NCBI GenBank assembly: GCA_024137785.1
Contig: JAHRHZ010000021.1
Location: 33,267,844-33,331,843 of the forward strand
Length of the DNA stretch: 64,000 bases
Direction of reading: 5' to 3'
Origin: Ginglymostoma cirratum
Lineage: Eukaryota
Position 1 is the stretch's first letter; every line of letters begins with the position of its first letter. The position numbers and the translations under genes are program-made. Positions 1-13,200 of this stretch are shown one piece after another. The notes beneath the pieces were generated by a model. That model ran no database searches, was not told the DNA's origin, and saw only the letters and a list, made by a program, of their open reading frames with translations.

Positions 1-1149
1 ATTACTTTTTTCTCAAACCATCACTTCAGGCACGGGACTCCCATGACAGCTTTCCGTCTAATCCGGATCAACTCAATGTGTCTTTCATCGCTTTTCTTTC
101 TTTAGCAATATTGATATCTCATCCTTTTTGCTGCTTGCCATTTTCTAACTGGCCTTGAAATAGTAGTTTCCTTTTGCTAAATTGTAAAAGTGTTGTGAAT
201 GTTAACCGTTTAATCCTGACAGCTCTGAGTGGCTCAGAGTAAAACATGATTCTGAAATAGACTGCTTAGACCTAAAGTAAAATGATTAACTTCATTGTTC
301 CTGGCCTGCTTTCCATGATGTGTTGTGCTGTGAGATTTCTCATGTCAGCTTACATGTGCAACACTCGCTTATCACTTCTGTTTCAAATTAAACCTCAGTA
401 AATTTACAGTTATGCCATAGAGGTGACTGTCTTCTTAAATATTTACTATCCAAAAGTAGCCTCCTGACACACTATGTGCCAGACAGGCTAAATTTATTTT
501 TAACGTGTTTTAGGGTTCATGTACTTCTTCACTTACACATTAGAACTCTGTAGAGTGGAGTGTTCTGGAACAATTATGTTCAACATACAAGCAATTTCTC
601 TAATCGGCTCAATGATCTCATGTCGACAGTATAATTGCACACCTTTTCCCTGTTCTGTGCAGAACTAAAAGCTTTAAAAAGCTAGCAAATATGCTTCAAC
701 AAGAACTGAACAGTCAGATGCAGCATAGCACCACGGATTTAAGATGTTCAAGAAGTTCAAAATTTGTACTTTTCTGAAACCATTCATTATCATGTACCTG
801 TGAACTTTACAATCCTGCTGTCTTAATTTAATTGTACACTTTTGATTTGGGTATGAAACAGAACAGGGAGACAGAGTGAAATGTCAGTATGAAACAGAAC
901 AGAGAAACTTTAATCAGAGGGGATTCAAACATAAAATGGGTAAGTGTCAATTGATTGTCTAGAATGAGGAATCGGATGGGATGGGTATTGAAACTCAATA
1001 AATAACAAAGTTCACGTTCTGAAGTCCAGCAGTAACAGCCACAGGGTTAAGATCTACTATTTCCAAAACACCAAAGTGATTCTGACACGGTTTGATTAAG
1101 GAAGGTTAAGATTGCAGTATGCAAATTAGAAAGGCAGGTATATATAATT

Positions 1150-1370
1150 AGTTAAACTGCTTGTTCCGGTAGTTGAGACAGATGTAACAGATCTTTGGCC
1201 CTATTTGAAGGGATTGATATCTAGCCAGAAATGCTTCCTTCTTTGAATCCTAAAAACAATACTAATTGATAATTTATTGCATTCACTGTCTATGGGCAAC
1301 TGTTAGGTCTACTGGCTTATGAAGCGTTTCTGAGGATATGATAAATCACCGTATAAATACAAGGTTTGCT
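1150..1370 (+). mobile_element. Decayed DeuSINE (SacSINE1-like) fragment
   Basis: Resembles the Deu domain and L2-type tail (cattcactgtctatgggcaac ... ggcttatgaagcgtttctgagg ... tataaatacaag) of the copy at about 62.9-63.3 kb. Confidence 0.45.
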
Positions 1371-4300
1371 TCTGAATCCAGTGATCAGAATATTCACTTG
1401 TTAAAAAATATTGACTCTCAGTATTTTCTTTCTAGTCCTCTTTGGCCTTCTCTTTTCATACAACTGAAACTTGTGCGGGCTGCTCACATCTTCCAATAAA
1501 CTGGCTCATGACTCAGTCTGGGGATATTTCGTGTGGCTTGGTTTTTTGTCTCCCTTTCTAATTATGGGTAAGAAACTGACCTACATATAATATCCCCCAT
1601 TAACAACAAAATCTTGGAATGAGAACTGGAAGGGAACCTGTACTCATCACCTAATGATTCCAGATGTTCATGTTCTAGTAGTTGCCACAAATCATTGGAT
1701 ATATTTTTGAATTTATTTGTTAAATCTCAGAACCCTGAGCAGTCAGGTAAATTAAAATGCACCAACAGAGATGGGGAAAAGCACAGAAAGGTTATTCCCA
1801 TCGTTGATACAGGAAAGTAAAAATGATCTATAAAATTCTGAGATGAAGGACAATCAAACCCTTCATGAGGAGATGAAAGCTTACATAGAACTGTGGACCC
1901 TTGTGCATTAGGCTAACCCTATTAATAATCCTTTCTTATAATTTAAGTTTCAACATCTATCCTCCTCCACGCACAGTCACACTATGGCTGCAGGGTCTAC
2001 CATCTATAGTATACACTGTAGCAAGTCCAGAAACATGCCTCAAATCTGGGGTTTTACCAACAAGGGCAAGGGGAATAGGTGTAGATCCTTCACTGCTACA
2101 GCATATACCTTCCTTGATTTGTCCATATATCACTGTTCCTTTTTTGTTTCTGGATCAAGTTCCTGCCAATGCCCACCCAGCAATATCGTGGGAGTACCAT
2201 CACCACAAGGACTATACTGCGGTTTCAGGGGACACTCACCACAACCTTCTCAGGGCATCTAAAGGAGAACAAATCACAGACAACTTTTCCCATGATATAG
2301 TCCAGGCATTAAATAAAAACGCAGGCTCAAGATTTCTGTGAAAATCCTTGAAGTTTTCATTTGATTTTAAGGCTTTACAAGTTACAATCATTATCACGAG
2401 CAGAAAAAGTCCTGAAAAAGTCTATACCTAAGACTACATTACCAGAGGTCTGGTCACTTGTATCAGAGGCATGAATGGTGTGACGACTGAAAAAAGACCA
2501 CAGTTCAGAATGATGGCGACAAGGGCTCAGGCTAACTATGAAAACAGGGTGCAAAGGGATTTTTGCCACATCTCAATCTGAAAGAGTGGAAGCTACATTA
2601 AAATGAAAAGGTCATGACCTGAGAATGGCATTGCACCATGACACAATATTAACTCCTGGTTTTGGGGCAATCTGTGCAGTACCGGTTATGTTTCACCTTA
2701 AGGTTGCTTGTCTCCAGCAGGAAAAGCACTTGAACTCCCTAAACCAAAAAAAAACTTGGCCTTTCTTTCCCCCAGTCTCTCATTCTCTTCACCCTTAGTG
2801 ATTACAATCAGCCAGCACCCTCCCCAGCTACCCTGCTGGAAAATGGTCCCTTGGTATCTAGGCGACATGAACCTCCTGCAAATCTCCCACTTCTGCCCTC
2901 TGCATCTTGTGTCAATCATCATCAGGTATTTGAGAGAAATGTAAATAATATCCAGAAATTTTAACTGGCCTTTTAACACTAGATGAACGAGAATCTCTGT
3001 CTTACACACCATCTGACTCACCCAGAGTTAGAAATCACGACTCTTAAATTGTCTGCTGTTGATCAGAGGAATTTGCAATCTCAGTTGCTTATAAGAATAG
3101 TGCCATATTGACAGCTCTGCATCAATATAAATTTTGTTAAAGAGAACATCACAACACATTGTCATGTTAACCGATGCTGCAATGATTGATAATTCTTCTT
3201 AGTCCTCTCCTTTTCAAAATATAAATAATTGCTCACTCATTATTTGGGTAAGTTTTTGCTGATATACATTTTTCCAAACATTTCTCCCTTCACTACTTCC
3301 AACCTCCCTGGTACAGCAGATCTGTGCTAGCATTGCAATTGTGTCATGTTAGATATTCCCCACCCCATGCCTCCTGAAAGCCAACAGCATAATATTTTCC
3401 TGCCAAGGTAGACGATTCACTTTGATACAAATTCAGCTGATGATTTTAACCATTAAGAATTGCCTGGTCTCTGCTAACCACCTTACTGCAGTAGTGTAAC
3501 TGATGCTAAGCTCCCATGAACTCAAGTCTTAATATTCTCCACGTCACATGTTGCTGCTCTATCACACTACCCCATTTAGTTTCTCTTCATTGTTAGTTGC
3601 AAAGACAATGGATACCATAGAGTAGCAAGGACCATAATATCTATACTGGATATTCACATCTTTCATGGTTTTGTTCAGAGTACTTTGTTCAGAGTAAATT
3701 AGGCAAAACAAGACTTCAAACTTATGTCCAGACATCTAGAGAGCCCTTTTCCCAAAATGAAAAACAAGCTTGTGTGACCAAAAAGTCAACATAGCCGGTA
3801 TGCTTGTTATGTTTTTTGTGACATTTGTTAACAAGCTCATGATGATGAAGAGAAAATAAGAGAAGACATGGCTATTTAAAAGTAGATTATGGATCTGCTA
3901 CAGATGGAAGAGAGAGAATGGATTTCAAAGGCTTTCCAGTTCTGACTGTCAATTTTAAGAAACTGTATATGCCTCACAGTCCGTTCTGAATGATCACAAT
4001 CAAAAAAAGTAGTTTAGGCTCCTAAAGCCCCAACAACCTACCTCCTGATGAAGACCATGGAGGCTCAGAGGGAGGGAATAAATTGAAGGGTTTATGGGGG
4101 GGAAAGAAAGGTGAATTGCAGGTTTTGGAGGTTAGGAACCAGGACTGTGAATCTTGGACTAGACAGACAAGTATTCAGGCAGATCAAGGCTTGGCAAACC
4201 AGTTAATAACCTGATTTAACTGTTATGAAATTATTCAAAGCTTCTATTCAGAGTCTCTCTACTCTCGGTCAATCATCAATTTCAAAACATTTTAATCTCA

Positions 4301-7300
4301 ATTGCCAGAAAGTATGATTAAGTAATTTCTCTGCACTGGAGAACAAATCCACTGATATGTGGCTTAACTCTTTCAGTACTTATTTTCATTAGCGTATAGG
4401 ATTTATAAATCTATGGTTATCTCAACAGGGGAAAGTATGCAGCACCATTTTTTTTTTGCAGGTTTCATGTCATATGTGCCATTATTTGTATGTTGTAATG
4501 TTATCTGATCATGTCCTTTAATTAAATCTGAAAACAGATTCTAGGTTCCAACAGAAGTTGAGAATGTTTCGGGGTGCACAAAACTCCCTTCCAATAGCAT
4601 TAACAAATTCAAATTTCATTTCTGAGGTTTATGATACTGTCTGAACATTGTATTTCACTTTATACCATTTATTACTGTTCAGGAACATGGTTTAGCTTGA
4701 ACCTTGCCCTGTATCACAGGTGCTGTTTGGTCCACACCATCCTTTTTGCATTATCCAAATATTTCAGCTACAGATTATTCAGTGTTTCAAGTCAAAATGT
4801 TAGCAATTAAATTCCACTGTATATGAGAAACTTCTCTTCTTTGAAGTTGAATAGTTTCAGTAAAGTTACACAGTGGAACCATTGTTTATTCACTGATGAG
4901 GAGCAGAAGAAATAACTAGTTACAATGTCAAAACATGCAATAAGCTCAGAATTTCTCACAATCCAGTACAACCAAACAAGCCTCATTGTCTTCGCTAGAG
5001 TTTGTGATTTGCAAATGGTGATGTTGACAATGACTCTATTTAGGTTTTTAAAAGTAGTTTTCCAGTCACCTTCTTGACTTAAATCCAAATGTAAAGGAAC
5101 TCTTAATAAGTTATTGTTTGATGATTGGTGCAGGGAATACTGGTGAAATGGGAGCTAACAGAATTGGCAAAAAACTCTGATTTGTATATGTCATGCGTGT
5201 ACTGAGGTAGGTGACAATGATTTTAAAAGGATACTTCTCCTGGTCTTTGACTCAAGTAACCAGATCTCCAGATTTATCCTGAGCCTGATCAAACACTGAA
5301 ATGAAGGAGGACCAAATGATGAAAGACTGGGATCACGCAAAAAGAAAACAGAGATCAAAGAAAATCAGAACCAGAGTGGTTTCAGAAGAGACAGGAAATG
5401 AAGGAGACTGATTAGTGCTGGACAACACTGAATCTGCCAATTTAGTTTGGGCTCCTGACGACCAATTTGCATCACCTCTGGATATTACTAAATTCAACTC
5501 CTTATTTCAATAACAGACTAGTGTACATGTGCTGCTGGTAGGATAGCAACACTATCACTGCACAGTTTTTTGTAACAGAAGGAGATTGCTGGTGAGGTCA
5601 AATTTTTACCTCCACAAAAGTTAGTGAGTTAGTGAAGACCCAACAAGGCAGGGTAACTCTTGTCTCAAAGTTACATTTCCAAAATATATTCACCTGAATT
5701 TCTCTTCAGAAAGTTTTTGGAATTTATCAGAAAGAAAGTTTAGAGCAGAGGTTTCAATTCATTCAAGAGACAATTAGCTGAAAGATTAAATTTCTTTCTC
5801 ATTCTGAAATATAATGGGCGAAATGGCACACTGTGTAAACATGCCCAAATAATCGTAGCATTGGAGAGGAGCAGCAGCCATATTGAGGGTGGTGCTAATG
5901 CAAGGCTCCAGGTTGTCCAGACACTGGTGAATTTCGCTCCCTATTAGCAGGACCTCAAAACTGCAACAGTCCAGCAATGTTTGCTGATTATTGCTGGTTT
6001 CAGTTCTTTCAGTAATGTGTTCTGCTTTCCCTGTATTTACCAGCTTTCTGACATTCAACACCAATGATAGTAAAACCGAGCTTTTACTGCTCAAGATTGT
6101 GCAACTAGCTAGCTTTACCTACAGCACAATTTTTTTTTATTTTCTGCACACGAATCAATCAGTGTACTGTGCAGTATGTGAATCCCTGATCAAGATTAAA
6201 AATTATGTTAGTTGCTGCAGGATTTTTTTTTTGTCTATATGTCTTCCTGACAGTTCTGGTCATTAACTCTCCCACTCCCCACTTATTCCTTTTTATAAAT
6301 GCTCTTTCCGATTTGGTTTTGCATAATTACTAGCCACGATGCTCATTTACTGTGTACAGTAGCCTTCACTATAGTGATGTGGAAGAAATACGGATGCTGG
6401 CGTAAAGTACATGAGGAAATGCTAATATGACTGAAGCCTCAACTGTGCTTCCACAGTCACTAGTCACCAAAAAGGGATGGGAGTGACTGGTAACTTGACC
6501 ATTCTCAAGCACACAACAGTATCAGTGAAGCCTCTTCTGTCTTTTCGAAGGTGGAGACAGTAGCTATCTGGTCTGACATTTTATAGTTCCAGTGGATCAG
6601 GATGCAGTCCATTATATGGAAGCACCACAACTAGAATCCTCAAATGGAATTGTTATTCACACCAGCGCTGTAATTCCTAGTGAAAATAAATTGAGAATTT
6701 TACTCATAGAAGTCCACAAAATTGCGGGTAACTCTTAACTGATGGCACAGCATGATCACAAATTACACACGAGAATATTACAGGTAATATTTCCACTTCA
6801 CCCATGATACCTGAAGCGTTTAAATATTGTAAATATTTCAAGGTTTCATGAGAATATGGAGATGTATGAGCTTAGCAGATTAAGACACTTATCAGTTGTA
6901 AGGATGGTCTGACTGCTATCATCAAAAATATCTGTCTGCTTTGACACTAAACAAATCACCCCCATTGAAACCAATCCCAAGTGCAGAACAACAACATGCA
7001 TTTGTAGAGCACCTTTAGTGTTTTAAAACTCCCCAAAGCTCTTTGCTATCTGATATTAGAGAAATGTTGACATGTAGAGCTGGAATAGCCTTAATTCTGC
7101 ACATTATCCTGGCTTTTAATATGCAACGGGAACAAATGGTCTTGTGAAGCCACGGAGTGTATATAATAGTGGGTGCTGGGCGGCTTTTTCTGTATCCCAG
7201 TTCCATAACAGAACGTACTGGGATGTATGTCTTGGTTCTTAGCAAAAGTTGCTTCAACAGACCAGTCTGTACATCCTTGACATTTCAAACTCTGTTGCTA

Positions 7301-9669
7301 AGAGCAATGTTACTGATGGGGACTGCAGTTCTGTATATTCCAGCAGGACCCAACAATTACAAGCACACACATTCCTTTCAACAAACTGAGTTACAGATAA
7401 TTAACTGTCCATCTCAGCAGTCAATGATTCTGTTACAGGTACCAGTTAGGGTTCAATGTTAACTCTCAGCACGTTTCAGACCCGGCCAGTGCAAAATGCT
7501 CTCAGACATCCAGATTCTGGATGCAAGTCATTTTAACTCTGGTCAACCCATATCCAACAGGCGGCAGAAGATGTTTGGGCCTAGAATCAGCTTTTGACAC
7601 AAAAGGTAGGGTCTCCTCTGCTTGTGGGTAAAATGCAGACTCTGGAATGTAGCTGGCCTTGGCCAGCTCTGTGACCCTTCTTTTGCTGGCCCCTCGAAAT
7701 CTTTCTCGCTCTGAAGGACTGACCTCATCCTGCCAACAGCTTCTGGCCTGCCTTCTCCTGTCAGGAAAATTGCAGTGATTGCCCCTCTCAGAGCAGATTT
7801 ACAGCCATGTCGCGTTGGTGTAATGGGATCCTGAGTAGGATAAGTTTGAGCTTCCTTCCTTCTTTGTTTCCACAGGTGCCTGAACCACTGACGCATAGTC
7901 AGCCATTGAAATGGAGACTGCGTTAGGGCAGGAATCTGACTAATCCAAGTTTAAAGCAGTCACTGCCTCATTTCCATTTGGACAAGCTAAAACCCCCTCT
8001 CCCACCACGTCAATACCTCACCAGCACAATATCATAAGCCAAAAAGGATTCCAAGAAATTCAGTTGTCCACCCTATGCTCTAGACCTTGCGGCTCTCATT
8101 TACCCTGCTATTCATTCGCACACAGGGAGTTGCTACAACCAGCACTTTCTCAGTTTGTCTGTTATTGTGTATGTCAGCCCTCAGTCTCCTGTTGTATGGT
8201 CTGGGCTGTGTGGGAAAATCTGGAAAACTGGCCTCACAACGTAACCTCCCTGAAAAGAGAGGACAGGAGAGAGGACTGCAGACCCGAAACTGGGCTGCTT
8301 GGATAGGTGTGTGCAATTCCAGCTTCTAGCTTTTTTTCATTTGTATTGTCCCTCTTACACTTTGCCCTTTCACACCTGTCAGTTGAACCTTAGAACTGAA
8401 GAAAGAACAAATCCCTTTACAGATTGAACAGAGTCTCCTAAAAGCTCAAGGTTGTTCAGGTGAAATGGAGACATTTGCATTCTGGCACATACTCATTGTG
8501 ACTTGTTTATTTGTCTAGTCTAAGTGAGCCATGGGAAGCTGGGCACTAAATGTGAAGAATGCCCCTCAGCAGGAAATACCACACTAATCTCTCCATCCCT
8601 CTCACAGATGAGATCACTGTAACTATGTGCTTTGCAATCCAGTCAGGAAGGTAGCGAGGATTGTGCCAAAGGGCTACAGAGCTTCTACTTGTGATCCATG
8701 ATAGCACACACCTCAATCCTGGTTTACCCTATAGGCGTGGATATACGGTGGGAAAGTCAAATACCTCGCACACGAGGGTGTCAGCATTAAGAGGGAAGGG
8801 CTGTGTGCTCCCCATGCAGGCAGGAAGGCAGCTATTTATTTAGCTTTTCAGTATGACACAGCAGCTGTTTAAATAGTCCTTTATTTTCCGATTATGTGGA
8901 ATGATAGCACGTCCACTCTACTATTTCAAAGGATATCGAAGCGGAGTGATGCAGGCTGCTGCTGCTTGAACCCGTAGGGTTAGTTATACACCCACCTCCT
9001 CCCACTACACTGCGTTCCTAATTTCCTACCACATTGCTGTGGTAAGTAACAGCAGCCTGTCAGAATTCCATCCATGCCAGTGGCTGGTGAGGCTGACGAT
9101 CTGACTGAAGAGAACTTAAAAAAACACAGTTGGTTAAAGTTTACCAGGGGATATTTGCAGGCTTCCTTCCTGGCAGAAACAGTCAGCAGTGCCCAAAAAA
9201 CAGAGGACAGGAACCAAAGTCCCATTACAGCTGTAACCCTGACAACCACAAATGAAGCAGTCCAGTTAATCAGGCATCAGGCTCATTTTTAATGCTGGCA
9301 GTGTCAATGCTAATCAGGCCTGTGTAGGATCCACATTGCTTTTTTTGGATTGAACTGAGCAGAGCCGCCACATGCACTGTCCAGATCATGAGGCACTGAG
9401 AAGGTAAGCTTCATGTTATTTTTTAGCCAACATTCTATTGATACAGAGACACTGGAGCTGCCTGCTTCGGTGGTCAGCCAGGACAATCTGTCCCTCCGCT
9501 CTCCTCATTCAGTCTCTGTACAAACTGTTGAGTGAATCAAGAGCTCTTCCATCCTCACTGAGTTGTGACTTTTCCAATTCTAACATGCTATATTTAAAAG
9601 AAAATAACGCTCATTTAGCAAGCTCAGAACTTAAGTCTTCAACATTTCTCACGTGACCAATAAAAAGTT

Positions 9670-9745
9670 TTTTTTAAAATTTCAATCATGGGACATGGGC
9701 ATCACTTGCCCATCCCTAGTTGCCCTTGAGAAGATGGTGATGAGG
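9670..9745 (-). mobile_element. 3' tail fragment of the APE/RT LINE family seen at 38.4-39.3 kb
   Basis: Reverse complement ...caccatcttctcaagggcaactagggatgggcaagtgatgcccatgtcccatgattgaaa matches the tail at 39230-39320. Confidence 0.7.
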
Positions 9746-10399
9746 AAAAGACATGCTGCAAGTATTTTTCCCTCTTACTCTAACTTGCATTTAAAATGAA
9801 ACAAAGGAAAAATGAAATCAGGGGTAGGCCACTACATCACAATTGTCACATTCTGCTGGTCAACTTTGCTAGTACTTGGAAACACCAGGTCCAGGTGTTG
9901 CAGAGATTTTGTAATGACCTTGTTGGGGGTGAACTCTATACTTGCCCCAAACCATCCTGCTGATAAAGAGTACAGGGCTGAGAACACAGGTTCACTCCCA
10001 GGGCCTCCAAGGATCCTGGATTAAGTCTGGAGGTCAGGATGTTAAGTATGATGGAGTAAAATGGTCTCTTGAACAATGGCAATATAGCCACGGTTCCATT
10101 TTAGCGTCAAAGGCTGGGCTGATAGAGGAGTGAGGGGAAAGGAAATATGTTTATACATTCTCAAGTGGCCTCCAGAAGCAAGATCCATGGCACAGGAGCT
10201 ATGGGCTTTATGGGCATCCATTCAGGGTGGGCACAGTAAATGCATTCACACCACCAAAGCTTCCTTCCCAGAGATCTGTAAGGAGACTGCAAATTTTGGT
10301 GAGGCTAACAAAGAAATTCATCAGGTGACCATGGTCCCAGAGTCATATTTTCCTCTTATAAAGAGTAAGGATAGGGAGGTGGGTAATACTATATCTTAA

Positions 10400-10778
10400 C
10401 GTACTTAAAAAGGATGGAAGCATGGAATCTGGTTTGTTCAAAGGACAACAAATGGTCCCGATGGTGGGTGTGTCCAGAACCAGGGGTTACAACGTGAGGG
10501 TTCAGGGTCGATGATTTAGGACGGAGATGAGGAGACATTTCTTCATCCAAAGAGTATGAGCCTGTGGAATTCATTACCACAGGAAGTAGTTGATGCCAAA
10601 ACATTGAATGTATTCAAGAGGCATCTAGATATAGCACTTGGGGCGAATTAGATCAAAGGTCACGGGGAGAAAGCAGAATTAGCTATTGAGTTAGATGATC
10701 AGCCATGATCATGAAGAATGGTGGAGCAGATTCGAAGGGCCGAATGGCCTCCTCCTGCTCCTATTTTCTATGTTTCTA
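10400..10778 (+). mobile_element. CR1-like LINE 3' fragment
   Basis: tttaggacggagatgaggagacatttcttc ... ctgtggaattc ... gatcagccatgatc ... gaagggccgaatggcctcctcctgctcctattttctatgtttcta. Similar copies at 15.7, 46.9 and 54.9 kb. Confidence 0.85.
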
Positions 10779-13057
10779 TTAGAGAAAGATTCTTTGGAAA
10801 TCTCTTGGATTGTCTTTGTACACATGCAATGGACTGATGCATTGACGTTGCAGGTTATACCAATATGATCAACATGATCTTGAGTCAAAGGTGAATTCAT
10901 CTCTCAAATATATAGCTCAGGAAAGACATAGGTCCGCTGAAAGCTTGTCTCAGTTCGGGTGGCAATACAGGTGTTATAACTGACTGGAACAATACAGATA
11001 CAGTTATCCAGGGCTGACACCTAGTCATCCCCGCTGAAATTATTTGAGCATTAATGTTAGATGAGAACAGGGTTAGGCCTACTGTGAAGCCCTCCACAGA
11101 CTATTAGCCTGCTGACATTGCTGATGACACTCATGCAATGATGATGATCCTTTGGTTCAGGTGTTGTTGAGGAAGTGGTTAGCAGCTGTGAATAATAGCC
11201 AAAAATACAGTCAACACCTTCAGGTCGGGAGAATGGAGCAAATTAGGGGGAAAAGATTTCACTCTGTTTTGCAGCCACTAAAAAGTTTTATCCGGCATCT
11301 ATTCCAGGAGCTGAGCCTGTTCCAAACGCCCAAAGGTGGTGTTGATGTCTATTTAATCATTTCCAGTTCTAAAAGGAGATCAAAGCATTAAACAGAGACT
11401 GCATTCAGGGAAGCAGCTGCCACCCTGTCGTGTACAGTACAGATCAAAACGTTTTTTAGCCAACATTCTATATCAAGTAGAGAAACACATCTATTTCAGA
11501 ATGGGACTGAAGGTTATAAGCAAAAGAAGAGATAAAAATAAACAAATGTTCAGACTCCTGAGCTGCAGAAAGCATGGAAATGCATGGTGGTTGACAAATA
11601 TCCATCAGGAATGGGGATACCATTCCCATCGGTCAGTACCACAGTGTTAACTCTTAAGAGCCCCAATACTGGGGTGATCACTATAGAACACAACTGTAAG
11701 TGAAATAGTGGGAAGACGTATTGGCAATAAGTCAGTCACAAGTCAGGCCAAAATTCATGCAATCTCAGGCCAGTCAGGTTTGCAAATTCCGCTTCACTAA
11801 TATCTAATGTCAAGGTAAGAGAGCTTGCGATGAACTGCAAAAGCAATGCTGTATGTACAGCTTTTATCTTTATCAGGCCTCTATCTGAGATTCTCAATTA
11901 CCATCCATGTGTGTATCCTGTTCCAATCGCAAGGCAGATGCACAGGTAATGAAGTCAAATTGAACTTGGCCCAAAATACTGCCTTCTGTCCTCACCAATC
12001 TTATGGCTCAGGTCAAATGTGGCCTAGGAAATCATCTGCTGCCTATCACCTACCACTTTGCACTCCCCTCACCCTTCACTGACATTTCACTGCTTCTCAA
12101 CCATGAATATCACTTGGGGCTGATATTAGGTAACAATGCAATCACCATATCCTTCCCCAACCTACCTGTTCCATACCAATGATCATCCTCACAGTATTCA
12201 TCACAGCACAGACTTCATCAAGACAAGGTCCGTTCCCCTCAGCTCCATATTCAGTTAAGTTACGCAAATTGATCTTCAGCAGTAGAATAAAGCAAATTGA
12301 CAGTCCCTTTTATACACCCTACTTGATTTTCTTTTGACACAAGATAAGAAGGCTAGCAACATGCTGCTAATTTCATATTGATGTAAACCATGCTGCTTCC
12401 ATTGGTGAGTCAGTAACTAGAAAGCTTGATTTTTGAAAGAATGCGGAGAAGTTTGAATTGTTTTCTCTGATGTAGAGAGGGTTATTAGAGCATGAAATTG
12501 TCTACCAGAAATCATGGAGGAAGCAAAGTTCTCAGCAGCTTTTGAAAGGGAAGCAAGTAAACTTATGGAAAAAAATCAAAATAGAAGTAGTATGGGAAAG
12601 GGCAAGGTATTGGCTCATTCTTTTAGAGAGCTCTGTCTAAAATACCTTGACTCAATGATTAGTTATAATCTGAAATGGCTGGAGGTTACAGGCTATAATA
12701 AATGTGTATTCAAACGGAGGGTAATTCTAAAGTAGTCTCGCTAAAAATACAGTTAGGATTAAATGCACAAAAAAAATCTGCCTTTTAATACATTAAAGAG
12801 CGATTCCATTAACCACATTGCAGTAACATAGAATGTTATTAAATATTTAACTGGCTTTCCTACCTTCTAAACACCATACTGTCAATATGATCCACCTTGG
12901 TGGGAAATTGAGACAAAAGGCAGTTGGAACAATCAAAGCTGTTTTCCTTTCTGTCAGTATTAGCTGTGTATGAACTTGAGGCTATCCATGAAGTAGTCTG
13001 TCACAAGCAAGCCACTTAGATTCAAATATATAAATAGGCAAACCAAAGATGGTGAGT

Positions 13058-13200
13058 ACAAAGAACAAAGAAAATTACAGCACAGGAACAAGCCCTTCGG
13101 CCCTCCAAGCCTGCGCCAATCCAGATCCTCTATCTAAACCTGTCACCTATTTTCCAAGGATCTGTATCCCTTTGTTCCCTGCCCATTCATGTATCTGTAG
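13058..13200 (-). mobile_element. CR1-like LINE extreme 3' end
   Basis: caaagaacaaagaaaattacagcacaggaacaagcccttcggccc is the reverse complement of a CR1-type 3' hairpin plus short-repeat tail. Confidence 0.7.

Noticed and set aside
721-745. Partial REST/RE1-like motif AGCACCACGGA
   Set aside because: Only the central 11 nt match; the ACAGCGCC right half is absent.
851-902. 16-bp direct repeat GTATGAAACAGAACAG (851-866 and 887-902)
   Set aside because: Two copies only, consistent with a small local duplication; not an array or CRISPR-like structure.
1901-2341. Longest unassigned ORF (146 aa)
   Set aside because: Non-ATG start and no recognisable domain; probably chance or the antisense of a decayed element.
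8087-8329. Hydrophobic, signal-peptide-like ORF considered as TIMP3 exon 1
   Set aside because: No Cys-X-Cys...HPQ...C mature N-terminus, no ATG at the annotated start, and no suitable phase-1 donor identified.
8980-9290. Faint Harbinger-transposase-like words here and at ~10.8-11.1 kb and ~33.0-33.2 kb
   Set aside because: Similarity is too weak to support by eye; needs a profile search.
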